Made by a program: the position numbers and the translations under genes. DNA of 64,000 bases from Eledone cirrhosa (lineage: Eukaryota), in NCBI GenBank assembly GCA_964016885.1, contig OZ024752.1, forward strand, positions 372,001-436,000, in the 5' to 3' direction. Positions 1-13,392 of this stretch are shown here, piece after piece. A model generated the notes under the pieces. The model worked only from the letters and a program-made list of their open reading frames with translations. It was not told the DNA's origin and made no database searches. Within the stretch, counting starts at the first letter, position 1. Each line of letters begins with the position of its first letter.

Positions 1-624
1 TTGGGTGGATGGAAGCTGTTTGGAAGCCCGTTGGATGGACTAAACCTGTAATTCAGTAATTCAAAGAGCTAGCCTTGTCACAAGGCTTCTTCTTCTTCTT
101 CTATGCGCACTTATTCCTGAGAGAGTTGAGAGGGCAGAGTTCTCAAACACTGGAAAGGGTGTTTGAGGACTCTGCCCCTACGACCCTCTCAGGTATAAGT
201 GGGTGAAGAAGAAGCCTTGCCACACAGTATGACAGACTGAATCTCCTTGAGAATTATGTTAAGAGTACACGTGTTGTCAGGATGCTCAGCCACTTGCACG
301 TTAATATCATGAGCAGACTGTTCCTTTGATCAAGCAAATGGCACGCTCATCGTCGAAACCGAAGGATGTATATTCCATTCTGTATATGATGCAGTACATT
401 ATTTTCTCTCTCTATCTTCTTCCCTATATATATATGAGTCTTGAACTAGCTGTTGAAATGGCAAGAGCTCAGCCATTGGTTCCCGACTCTTTATAATACA
501 TACATATGTGTATATATATATATATATATGTGTGTGTGGACTGTAGATCACAAATACATGTATCTAACATGCCAAAACAGTTAACACAATCTCCTGGTTT
601 TTTTTAGTCTTTAGCAAGGCTCAC

Positions 625-766
625 TTTGTTAGAAGCATTCAGATTAAAACACCAGTTCCTGTCCCACTTATTTTTTCCATGTAGATATTTAGGCTGAGCA
701 CCAGCCACATGAAACCCACCATGTAGGAGGGCCTTTGGACCTTTAAAGCTGACAGGCACTACTCTC
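625..766 (-). CDS. Candidate internal exon of an unidentified gene
   Basis: gttaaaag|G AGA GTA...AAC AAA|gtgagc; only one frame open (RVVPVSFKGPKALLHGGFHVAGAQPKYLHGKNKWDRNWCFNLNASNK); unique sequence. Confidence 0.45.
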
Positions 767-1234
767 CTTTTAACATACATGAAAAGAAAAACAACAAAAA
801 ACATAACCGTACTTACATATTACTTATTTAATAAATTATATCAAAGAATTCTAGTAATAACTGACAATCACATGATTGTAAATGAGCTACTATTTCATAT
901 ATAGGTAGATAAATGAGGTTTATTTTAACCTTTTTGATATCAAACCTCATCAAACTGCTCCTGGTTCTACAATACAAAACTGTATAATGTTAAGTATATA
1001 CATTTATCTAAAACCTTCCATGATAATTTTATATAAGAACCCTTGTTAAGTTATTTTCCAAACATCAGTTTAATGAGAAAGTTATGTTTAGTTATGTTAC
1101 TAAATTCTTCATTATTTAAAAAAAAATAATTGCAAATTATAAACGGTGACTTTCATTAGAAATACAGTAATGAGATGGCTAAAATACTCCCTTTTCTTCA
1201 AAGAGGGATGAGAACAAGAGAATGTACCCCATAC

Positions 1235-1307
1235 ATAGGTATAAAACTGCGAAGGACCCAAATTTGTATTCTTGTTCTCAGCACTCTCGGAAAAAGTGTA
1301 TTTTCAC
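1235..1307 (-). CDS. Candidate internal exon of the same unidentified gene
   Basis: atttcag|GT GAA AAT...CCT AT|gtatgg; ends phase 2 and joins 625-766 in frame (ENTLFPRVLRTRIQIWVLRSFIPM-RVVP). Confidence 0.35.
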
Positions 1308-1594
1308 CTGAAATGTTCTGAATATTTATAAGTATATATATATATATATCTGTTATTTTAATATATATATATATATATATATAATTCAAAATTCAATAAG
1401 ACCAAGGATTAATATTATTACTATCTATGGTTGTTTCAATGCAACTAGAATATTTTATCAATTGTGGAGAAAAAACAAATATTATCAGTTAAGTAACTCC
1501 ATTATAGGTGCTTTACTCTAAGCTGTATAGAAATAGTGAACTATCACACTATAACCTCATATATATATATGTATACACAGACACACACACACAC

Positions 1595-1636
<42 letters not shown>

Positions 1637-3613
1637 ATATATGTGTTTGTGATTGTATGTATGTGGAAGTTATGATTTATTTTCAAAAACATTAGTGCCC
1701 AAAACATGCCTGAGGAGAAATCTGGCATGTGTGTGTGTTTATTGATCATATTTATTTTAGACCATATTGCTCAATTAGATGGACTTGATATCCAGCAGGA
1801 GATTTTAACTGATAACTGGGTCATAATGATTAGTGAATAGAAGATATAATGAATCAGTCACCTTTTAAGCAATATTGGATCAGATAGATGGTAAAATCTT
1901 AATTGTAACAGTCTTGAGATAGATAGAGTAGGAATCTATTAGGTCAAATTGCAGACAAAATAAACGTTAAGATTACATGACTGACAGAAAAAAGTTGATC
2001 AAAATATGTATTAAGAAGGCTAATGTTACACCAGATAATGCAGTTATTAGAATATAAATCCAAATAACACTATGTTATTGAACCAAATGACTGTTAGTGG
2101 TAAGAAACTCTCAGGAGAGCTGGACATCAGGTCTTCAGAGAAGAAACCCCACTGTCAAGGGAGTGTTTTGACTGTTAACTTCTTACACTCTAGAGACTGG
2201 GCCATACCCAAGTCATGACTCCTGGGTGCCTTTCTGCTGACATTTAACCATTCAGATATCGAAAACTTGCTGTGAATTTAAACCATATGGAGATACATTA
2301 TTCTATCACATCTGCTAAGATAATTCCTTTTAGAATATTAGATAAAAATGTTATTAGTGTAGTGAGACACCCCAGCCCCTTATCAAAGTGCTGGACCAAG
2401 TTCTTGTTTGGATACTTAGATGATTGCTACAACACCAGGCCTGTCACCAAATTTTGGTGCTCCTGGGGATTTAGAACATTCTAGGTGGGCAAACAATTCT
2501 AAGGTAGAGTTTTGGAATAAACATATAAAGAATATCACTGTAAATTTTAAAATGTTCTAAATCTGAGGGTGCACACTATTGAAAAGTTGGATGAGGCAGT
2601 GCCTGTCATCCAGTGTTGCCCACCCCACCCTCCTTGCCAATGAGCCTGCTACAATAGCAGTTCAATGCCATTTAACAAAAATACTGGATCAAGATGCTGT
2701 TAAAATACTGGTTCCTGTGGTGCTATGAAAGGTGGATCAAATATTTTTGTATGTGGGTGCTAGATCAAAAAGGCTGCAAAAAGTATTAGATTAGTTGACA
2801 GCAACCAGTATCTAATAAAATCGACCTTAAAATACATTCAACCATCAGATCGCTGGATAAATAGTTGCTGCAGTAATCAATATAGATGTAATATTTAAGT
2901 GATTGATGCTTAGATCCATATGGTTGACCATACAGTTCAACCAGAGAAGTAGATCAATCATGGTCAGTAGAAAGACTGTGACTAGGATGCATACGCTAGA
3001 GCAGGTCTTCTCAAACATTTAATAACTGCCTTCAATTTTGCTGGAATAGCAAAAACATTGAATGTAAAGCAGCGGTGTGCAGAGCTCTGGTGATGCCAGG
3101 GCCAGTCTTGATTGTATGCCCCAAAGGCTCAAGGCTTAATATACTGAGAAATATTATGAGAAAGGAAAATATTTTGAATATATAAACACAGATGAAACAT
3201 GAAATAAACGCTTTATTCGATTTTGATATAAATCAACCAAATTTATTAAGTTCTTTTCCACAAATGATGGCCCCATCCAAAGGATGCCCGGGGCCAACAC
3301 ACCATCAGCCTCCCCCTCTGCACACTACTGATGTAAAGCAAGCTATAAAATTACACCTACAACCTCAGAATGTTTGAAAATGTTGATACCTCACATTTGC
3401 AATATTTTCATATTATGTCAGTTTTTTTTTTAATCTCTCTTAACTGCTGAGATCCAACTGCAATAAGTGAAGCTTAAAGGTGGGAGAGAGAGAAAACCAA
3501 AATTGGTCTTAAATTAGGTGGTTAGGTATTGAAACATTTGACACCTCTCATTCCTAAAGATTTCTTCATATTTGAGGAAAAGGAGCAAAATGGTGCTTAG
3601 TTTTTACTTAGTT

Positions 3614-4089
3614 TAACCCTTTCAATACCAACCTGCCTGTGACTACCCATGAGTCTATGATTTAAAACCTCTCATTTTATACTGTTTATTTTCAAATTAA
3701 AACCTCCAAATTAATTTCTTCTTCTTCACCCACTTATTCCTGAGAGGGTTGTGGGGGGAAGAGTCCTCAAACACTCCTTCTAGCTGATCCTCTCAGAAGC
3801 AACCATCTCCAACTGATCTGGCTAGATTCCTAAGCGAGACCAGCTAAGCTCATGGATGTTATCCAACCATCTTACTTGGGGCATACCCTTGGGTCTCTTG
3901 CTGGATATTTTTGCCCATAAAAATCAGTCCAAATAAATTTAATGTAAACAATTTTTGTTAAGTTCAATACCTTAGTTTAAAAATGGGAAAGTTAGATATT
4001 TTACTAAACCCATCTAAATTCTTGGTTATTTTCAAAATTATTTGAAACACTGTGTTTTTAATTAAAAGAATAGGCAGCGAAAGAGTTAA
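3614..4089. mobile_element. piggyBac-like MITE carrying a nested LINE tail; decayed relatives near 925-1180, 4970-5202, 5334-5583, 25510-25740, 26600-26850
   Basis: ttaaccctttc...aaagagttaa termini (TTAA + CCC) and shared internal AT-rich blocks. Confidence 0.55.
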
Positions 4090-6717
4090 AATAAGGCATG
4101 ACTAGAATTTGTAGATGTTTAGATGTCAGTGATGTTGCACATATGAATTCTTAAAATACAGTCTTTGGTGATATGATATTACTAGTAATGATTGTTGAAA
4201 ATAATAATAAATAAATCAAGCATAAATAAATGAATATGAGGAAGGAGAAAAAGGATTACACGTGAAAGAACACACACAAACATACATGCACAACACACAC
4301 ACAACCACATTCCCATAAACCCATTCTTACACGTTTATAGAGGTAGAGAGAAAGAAAGAAGGAAAGAAAGAGACATTGGAAAGAAAAAGAGAGTAACAGA
4401 GAGATATAAATTCCAGAAGGTTTGGAAAAATTGTGATTAAATTGAAATGCTTGAAGGTGTTGAGAATCTGTGCCTTTTCTATGTTGCCAAAAATCTTCAT
4501 CATATCTCCAGCCACGACCATCCCAAATGAAACATCTGCCACCAACTCAAGAAATCCACTCCAAAGTAACGCCATTCCTTGAAAAATTCAACAACAACAA
4601 ATCATGAAAATAATTAGTAGTCATATATATATATATATGGTAATGTTGACTTTTTCTAATATAGATCCTGGTAAAGATAAGAGAAGCTTGTGCTATCCAG
4701 TTTCCTTGATACAGCAGTAATTCAAAATCACTCAGCAACTTCGATTTTACTAACTTCCACTCTTATATATGTATATATATATATATATATATTAGAATCA
4801 GATTTTTTTTTCACATTATCATATTGGTTTCCATACGAAAATAAAAAGGGGAAATGTAATTGTTTGAATTGCACCTTAGGAAAACTTATTGGTATTTATC
4901 CCATTGGCCACAAACATATGGAAGGCAAAATCACACTCTTCTTTCAGAACCGAAAACAGATATTTGTCATTTAACACTTTTGATACCAACCTGCCCCAAA
5001 CCACCTCAAGTTCTATGGAATAAGCCATCTTAAAGAGTCCTTATTTAAATTAAAATCTTCCAACATAATTTTATATAAGAACCATATTATAAGTTACTCT
5101 CTTTGTAATGAAATAATAATTTTAGTAAATCCCTTAAAATTCTTATCTGATTAATTGAAATAAGAGTATATTTCATTAGAAATACAGAAACGAAAGAGTT
5201 AACTTTTAATATCCTGTACCATATTAAACAACAATTACAAGACATGACTACCTAAAAAAAATTGATGTCTTTAATCTAAAACAGCAAATTTTTACAATGA
5301 TCTGTCCACTATTAAAGATAGTATAAACATGAATTAACCCTTTTGGTACCAACCTGGCCAAAACCAACTCTAGCTCTATGAAACAAAACTGCCTATTTTA
5401 AAGGGTTTTTATTTTATGAAAATCTTCCAACTTAATGTTATATAAAAACCTTTTGTTAAGATATGTTACAAATACTGTTTTAATAATGAAATAATTGATA
5501 ATTTCAGTAAATTACTGTAAATTCTTCACTAATTGATTGAAATATAACGTATGTTATTAGAAATTCAGTAACGGAAGATTTAACAAACTTGTTTTTAAAT
5601 ATTTTCTGTTAAATCATTACAGAATGTTACAAGTTAAACAAATGCTCAACTATTTCTGTCCAGTTCTACCCACTTTGGTTTACTTTTTTTTCTTTTTCCT
5701 TATTCACATAATTAATTTATTGATTTCTAATACTGGCACAAGCCCTTGAATTTAGTTATTGCATATAATTAATTAAATCAACCTTCTTAGTACTTCATAA
5801 CCTCTTTAATCTATTGAACCCCAGAAGGATAAAGAGCAAAGTTGATCTTGGCTAGATTTGAAAACAGAGCATTAAGGAGACATAACTAAATGCTACATTG
5901 CATTTTGTTCAACATTCTATTAATTCTGCCAATCTACTACCTTTTAGTATATTGATTATTGATGAAGACTGGGAAGCAACAGACTAATTTAAGCACTGAA
6001 TTAACTGATATTTAGAAAACCTATATATATAATTCAAGGAGACGACAAAACAGAGATACAAAAGTCATGCTTTATATGGAAAAGGGGAAAGAAAGTTCGA
6101 CGTGCCGGGCTTTAGCCCTTCTTCAAGAGTGCAAAGAATAGAGACAGGATCACAAAGGATAGACACAGAAATGAAAAGATAGTCAGTAGTAGAAAACTGT
6201 GAGGTTATATCAAAGGATGAGTTAGGTATAGAGTTAGTTCCACAACGAATTAGTAAATCATACTCAAGGCTGCGCATTTCATCAGATGGATTTTCAGTCA
6301 GTGTTCTCACTACAGCCATACATGGGTTGAAAATCCATCTGGTGAAATATGCGTCCCCGAGTATGGTTTGCTAATTTATTGTGGAACTCTCTCTCTCTCT
6401 CTTTATATACATCTATATGTCTATATTCTGACGAAGGGAGTAGTGGCATTACTACTATCCCATAAATTTCAGTATTGTGCCCAATCTAAAGAAATCAATA
6501 CTGATTGAGGCATATGAATTGATAGAAATGTTAGAGTACCTTGTGGTGTTTTGTCCTAACTTTCTATGTAGTATTTGTATCTGATAGATGTCAGCATAGC
6601 TTTCATACAGCCACATAGTATGTAAATTTAGTACCAGTAATATAATATAGTCGATTCAATTGACTTTATTTTATTCCCTTGCAAAAGCTGGCTTGCTAAA
6701 AAACAATAGATATCAAA

Positions 6718-6752
<35 letters not shown>

Positions 6753-7807
6753 AACAAAATTCACAAAACAAGAGGTAAATTCTTGCCTATTAATGTATTT
6801 GTGAAAGGCATAAAGTTCACAAAATTTCATTTCACACCTTCCTTCTCTCAAAGATACAAATCTTTCATGCTTCAAATGAAAATAATTCAATATTAACTGT
6901 ATGTAGTCATGTGATGATATCAGAAATCAATATAAGCTTATTTGTATTATTGGAACCTTTATTGAGTGTTGGATTGGCAATATCGGTAGAGCATTGGACA
7001 CCATGCTTCACAGCATAGAGACATGACCCTTTATGTTCTGTGGTCAAATCCTGCTGAGGTTAGCTTTGCCTTTCATACTGACAGGGTTGATAAAATAAAG
7101 TAGCAGTAACACACTCGGGTTGATTTAATCGACTTTTCCCTCCCCAAAATTGTTGATCTTGTGCATAAATCAGAAACCATTATTTTAACAACTCTGGAGG
7201 GCAATGGAGGATTGGCAATATCAGTAGAGTATCGGACACCATGCTTTGCAGCATAGTTACAACCCTCTATGTTCTGAGTTCAAATCAGAACCAGTGATGC
7301 AGCGTTGATGTAAGCAATAAGCTGAGTCTTTATGTCACTTCCAATTCTTGCCTGTAGTCTCTATTATTTCCCTTCTATCATTAATGCTCTTGATAAAAGC
7401 ATGTAAACCTCTAATTCAAATTTCTTTCTTTTTTTTTTAAAAGAAACAAAACAGGTTGTCAGCCTTCATATCGTTGTAAGAAATAATTCTCATACTATTT
7501 ATCATACTAATACATAAATATGATAAAATTCTAGATTCTTCCCAATACATCAATGCCAAAATATTTTGAAGAGCCAGTGCTTAGCCATGATTTCATGACA
7601 CTCCGTAGATGAGAAATAAAATCGTTCCACTGAATATGATGCCAGTTTATCACAGGTGACATTCCTATATCAATCTGAATCTGGTAGTATGTATTCCTAC
7701 TGACAGCTAGCTCGGAGTGTGGGTGGTTTGAACAGACAGAATAAACAAAATGTTTCCTCCAGAAATTTTTATAAAAGAACTGTAGCATATTTGACTCTGT
7801 GATCTAT

Positions 7808-8094
7808 TGGCATCCATTGGTCTCGAATGACCATGGATCTGCACCTGGAGAATTTTGTGTCAGCTGCTGATGGCAGTGCAGCTTCTGCTGTGGCTGTACA
7901 GGTCCACACAGGAGTGGCAGTCTTGTATGCAACTGCATTTGAAGATGCTCTCCTCCGGTGCTATTGCGTTGTCCTTTCTTTCAGTGTGCTTTTGCTTGGT
8001 GGCAAGTTTCAGTTTCTCTTCCCCTCACTCCACCCTCTTGTGCACTACTCATCTCCATTATGGGTGTCCAGTAGCAACCTCCTTCCATCTGTGA
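7808..8094 (-). mobile_element. Degenerate RTE LINE 3' end with C2H2-type finger
   Basis: Minus frame GEEKLKLATKQKHTERK..FKCSCIQDCHSCVDLYSHSRSC with upstream stops. Confidence 0.7.
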
Positions 8095-8207
8095 CCTATG
8101 AATAGATAATATAATACTTTATCCATTTGGTTGTCCCACCACCACATCTAAACTCTAGCTAGGAGCAAGCTGGTGATCTTTAACTTCAAATTTTTCATTG
8201 ACCTCAC

Positions 8208-8292
8208 TTTACACATCATTTCTTTTAACATTTATTGTTTCTAACGTCAAAGAAGAGAAATACTTGAATGTCACAACTTCCTGTTTCCATTC
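8208..8292 (-). other. Candidate 5' (mostly UTR) exon of the unidentified gene
   Basis: Strong polypyrimidine tract + tacag| acceptor and AAA|gtgagg donor; stops in all frames but ends ATG ATG TGT AAA. Confidence 0.3.
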
Positions 8293-8354
8293 CTGTAGTA
8301 AATAACGGAAGAAAGAAAAACAAAAACGAAAAAAAAAAAAAGATTTATAAACAA

Positions 8355-8525
8355 TATCATTATCCTCATTGTTGTTATCATCATCACCATGACCACCACC
8401 ACAACTACCATCACCATCATAATCATCAAAATAATCGTTGTCATCATCACCACCACTACCACCATCATCATCATAATCAATACCTTCGTTGTCATTATCA
8501 TCAGCATCAGCATTATTGTCATCAA
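8355..8525. repeat. (CAT/CAC)n degenerate trinucleotide microsatellite
   Basis: Gives spurious poly-H/poly-D ORFs on both strands. Confidence 0.9.
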
Positions 8526-9689
8526 TACTGAAACCATTGTTCCCACCCTTTGTCTTTCCTGCCATTACTACAACGGTCCCTGTATTACTCAACTATCATC
8601 ATTCAATGCATCACTGGTTAATTGTGTAGAGCAGAGACCGATGATGGAGTCTACATAGTCACTCAATTTGTTAGAAATAGCTACCAAATCTCCCTCGAAT
8701 CAAATGACATTATACAATCTTAAACTTAAGATATTTATGGCCATGGCTTGAACACCTTTGAACAGAGGTCTATCAGAACTGATCTAAGACTAAAAAACAA
8801 CAGCAGCTCATTTCCATCTTTCTTTTACCACTGTCTGTTGTGTTACTCTACTAAACACGTCACCCAGTCTATTGTGTTATTGTACTAAACACTTCACCCA
8901 GTCCTTAACACTGTTGATTGTGTTACTGTACTAAACATTTCACCCGGTCCTTACTTGCCAGAGTTTTAACCTTCTGGAATTCATCTGTTGTATATGTTTT
9001 TACTACTGACACCAACCTTTAGAAGTTGCATTGATCTCACAATTTAGAATAGTCTGAAAGGCCTATATATAGGCTTATCCCTATCCTCCCCTGCATTCTT
9101 GGGTTGACTACTAAAATGTGAAAAAAGAAAAGAAAAAAAAAATCAATGTTCTAGATAGTTTATCTTTGTTGTTGTGTAAGGTGAAGATGTGGAATGGGGA
9201 ATCACACTCCAACAGTTTTGTACTTTGTGACTTGGTTTCTGCACATTCACAGATGGTTGGTTTAACACTTTTGATAGCAATATGGTCTAAACCAGCTCTG
9301 GAAGAAATTGTATTGTGTTCCCACCTGGAGGTGGATGGCTTCTACAAGTTTTTAAATGCCCAACACATGCCATGTATTAAGAAGGTGCATCTACTGTTCC
9401 ATCTTGAGTTAAGAACCCTTAAGAACCTTTTTTTCCCTGACTGCCCCAATGACCACTCACATAACTACATGGCAGGCTGTTGTCACATCATGGTGTCACA
9501 AGGTTATTTCAAATTTCCTGCTGGCTGGTGGGGAGATGGGAGGAGAGCTACTCAACAGCAACAATAACAACAAATACATATTACTCTATTATGTGTTCCA
9601 GTTGATAGGCTGAGGCCATGCTGGGGCACAGACATATAAACACATTTTTTTTTCCTGTTCGGATACTGATATAATGTTCCTCTGCTGGT

Positions 9690-10032
9690 GTCTCCATATG
9701 TATATGTTCCAATTGAATGCCATTGTTTCCATAGTTACGATCTGATCCATAATTCATATTCATGATTTCCATAGATACTACCTTATCAAACAGCACCATT
9801 TCCCTGGATAAAATTTATTCCGCACCACTGTTGCAATAGATACGGCGTTATCCCACTAATATTGTTTCTATTGATACAACTTTTAATCCCTGATATGGTT
9901 ACTATGGATACAACCTTACAATTGTTGCCATAGATTACCACCGTTGGACAGACAGTCTCCCATAGTAACGGTTTCTATGGATACAAGCTTTGAACAAAAC
10001 ATCTCCATCACTACTGTTTCCAAGGAGATAAC
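9690..10032. promoter_or_regulatory. Homotypic cluster of about 12 RFX X-box-like motifs
   Basis: GTTTCCATAGTTAC 9725, GTTGCAATAGATAC 9830, GTTTCTATTGATAC 9864, GTTACTATGGATAC 9898, GTTGCCATAGATTAC 9924, GTCTCCCATAGTAAC 9955, GTTTCTATGGATAC 9971, plus weaker sites at 9690, 9765, 9798, 10001, 10016. Confidence 0.65.
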
Positions 10033-11829
10033 TTTGTGAAAATTACTAAGATCCTTTTTCATTCCACACACACACATTCACTCAGACATACACAAGTCCT
10101 CCTCCCACAAACACACACACATTCACTCACAGACATACACAAGTCCTCCTCCCACAGACACACACAGATTCACTCACAGGCTCATACACACACACAACCT
10201 CCTACATACTCACATTTACTAAGACATATACACATACACATACCTTTCCATACACAAACACACACACACAGATGTCCTCCCGCCACACACATTCCTTTTC
10301 ACACACACACACACATTCTCTTAGACACACATACCTTCCCACCACATACATATTCTCTCACAGACACAGATATACACCCTCCCCCCTATACACATATGCT
10401 CTCCCACTCACGTCCTCTTTCTCTCTCACACACACACACAGACACTTACAGACACATGCAGAAAATTGTAACTACAGATTTTCAATAGCCCTCATTGAAC
10501 CTTCAAATAATTATTTTGGTTTTTTTCCCCCCACCCCGTCAATTGATTAATTGATAATTTTGCTTTTAATTTCAAATATAAAATAAAATAATTTTTTTAT
10601 AAATCAAAGAAAGCAAAAATCAAAACAAAGAAATAAATTTTAATTTCAAATGATTTTTTTTTTCATTTAAAAAAAATTATAAATATAAAATAAAGTTTTA
10701 AATTTTAAAAAATTGAAATACAAAATTAAAATTTCAAATATAAAAATTTAAAAAAATATATAACCAACAAATGTATTGTTTGGTGATTAAATTTTAAAAG
10801 ATTGATAATGATATAAAACGAAATATATAATATATATATATATATATATCAATATATATATGTAAAATAAAAGAGAAATATAATATTTTTGTGATTGTTG
10901 TTGTTTTTATTGATGTTAAAGAAGACAGTAAGGGTACATGGCTTAGTGGTATGGTTGTTTAGTGTTATTGATGTTGTTAAAGAAGACAGTGAGGGCACAC
11001 AGCTTAGTGGTAAGGCTATTTGGTTCACAATTGTGAGTTCAATTCCTGGCACTGCATTGCAACCTTGCACAAGATATTTTATTTCACACGGCTCCTTCAC
11101 TGCAGCTGATAAAAATGAGTTGTACCTGTAGTTCAAAGGGTCAGCCATTTCACACAGTGTGTCATGTTGAATCTCCCTGAGAACTATGTTATGGTAAATG
11201 ATACTTGCATAAGATATCACTCAGTGGGATCAAACCGAGGACCTTATAGTTGCATGCTTTTCATTTTGGCACAGTTTCTACAGCTGGATACCCTTCCTAA
11301 CACCAATCACTTTACAGCATGCACCGGGTGCATTTTATCAAAACACCAGTAGTATCACTTTATAGCATGTACTGGATGCATTTTATCAAAATACTACTTT
11401 AGAGATTAGACTGAGTATATCTTATCATGGCATCAACACTACCACTTCATAGCCCCAACACTAACACTGTACAGAATGAATTGGATGTATTTTATAACAA
11501 CATCAGTACTGTCATTTTAATGGGTGGACTACATAGATTTTATCATTATCACCAGTACTACCATTTTATCATGGCACCAGCACAACCACTTTACACCCCT
11601 AACATAATTAGGGCTGGTCCTTTGCATTATAAGTACAATCCATCCATCATCACTTAAAAAACTTAGGTCTACCTGAGGCTATGATAAAGTGACACCCATC
11701 AGCAACAGACTTGTCAGTGGGCAGGAAAAAGTACAGTTTTAAACCTTTTATATCTATTTTAATTTAGCAATTACAATATATACTCGAATATAAGCCGACC
11801 CCTTCCCCTATTTTATATATAAATGGATG

Positions 11830-12160
11830 AAGACCCTCCTTCGGTCATGAATAACCATGGGATTTGCACTTAAAAAATTCCCTTCCAAGGAACAAGTCTG
11901 GACAAGGTTGTTTGTGGAAGACCAATAGTCGCCCATGCATACAAGCCTTCCCTCTCCACAACACCAATGTTGTCCAAGGGAAAGGCAATAGCTGATACAC
12001 CTTGGCACCAGTGACATTGCAATTCATTTCTACAGCTGAGTAAACTGGAGCAACGTGTAATAAAGTGTCTTGCTCGAGGATACAATGCATCACCCGGTCT
12101 GAGAATCGAACTCACAACCTCCTGATTGCAAGCTCATTGCTCTAACCACTAAGCCAAGCA
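11830..12160 (-). mobile_element. Second tRNA-derived SINE family (CORE-like); copies near 10995-11200, 27230-27370, 30405-30520, 39955-40190
   Basis: tagtggttagagc A-box, gttcgattc B-box, tcctcgagcaagacactt core. Confidence 0.75.
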
Positions 12161-13392
12161 CATTCATATTTTGTATATAATTGTTGTTTAATATAATTGG
12201 CAACAGAAAATAATCTATTTAAAGACTTAAATAATTTACAGGAAAGTTAGTTTGTTCTCCATTATTGATCAAAATACACCAAAATCTAATGCAAATATGT
12301 CAGAGTAATGAAGAGCTTAAAACAAGTCCCAGCCGTGATAATATCGTTTCCTAATCGGATATAGTGTATATAAGATTCCATTATACAAAGTCTCTTTCTT
12401 TTAAAGATAATATTGTAGAATGTGATTTGGCTGTTGCTTCTAGTGACTGCATAGACTCAAACAAGGGACATAACTTTAATGGGAGATAACTCCACCAAGA
12501 ATTATCTAGGCAAACAAAAATGATCGCTAGTTTGTTAGAAATTGCAGAATAAATCTTTCATTCATTTTATTTTAAATTATGGGGTTGTCACACCCAATTT
12601 TCCTTTACTAAAGTTAATCATCAAGATTACTTTTTATCCCCTCATTAAAAGTAGGATTTTAATTAATAGAATGACTCTTCTTCGTCCATTTATTACTGAT
12701 AGGATCATGGGGGCAGAGTCTTCAAACATGCCTTCCAGCAGGTCGTCAGAAGCAACCATCTCCAACTGGATCCCCAAACAAGACCAGCCAAGCTCATGGA
12801 TGTTATCCAACCATCTTGCTCAGAGTCAACTCCTGGGTCTCCTGCTGGTTGGTTTTGCCCAGTGATTCTCTCCTGAGACATTCTAACCACATGCTCATAG
12901 TATCGGAGCTGTGATCTCTCAATTCAGAGAAGCGGGTCTACCTGGAATGACTCAAGGAATTTTAATTAAATATGTTAGCACCCACTCTCATTTTGTTTAA
13001 ATGCAGTACTCATCTCTTTGTACCCCAGACCAGTCATTCCATGAAGATGCAATTGTTTTTGTTTTCTTGTCAACATAGCAAATGATGTTTTCCATTTTAG
13101 TATGTATCTTCTTAGTTTAGCTAGTCTGCTGCTGTCGCTGTTATTATTATTATTATTATGTTTGGATTTTGCTTTGTATATGTACGAGCTGACTCCAAGT
13201 CTCACCCAGAGACCTTAAAAGACAAGTTATAAATTCAAGTAGGCATTATGACTAGGATGGTTGATAACTGCCATGTTTGGGGGCAAAAATGTAGTTTGGT
13301 GATAAGGATTTGTGTTTTAATTGTATGCCTTAGATTTGTAATAAATATTATTTGGGAAAATGTCTGTCAAAACATAAGAAAATTATAAGTAT

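Noticed and set aside
7801-8105. Membrane-like plus-strand ORFs; in-frame TGA considered as selenocysteine
   Set aside because: Antisense shadow of a decayed RTE 3' end; TAA/TAG stops also present and no SECIS seen
8209-8658. His-rich, Asp-rich and Thr/Ile-rich ORFs
   Set aside because: A trinucleotide microsatellite open in several frames on both strands
9118-9567. 149-aa plus-strand ORF
   Set aside because: GTG start in an A-tract, no recognisable domain, no supporting exon chain
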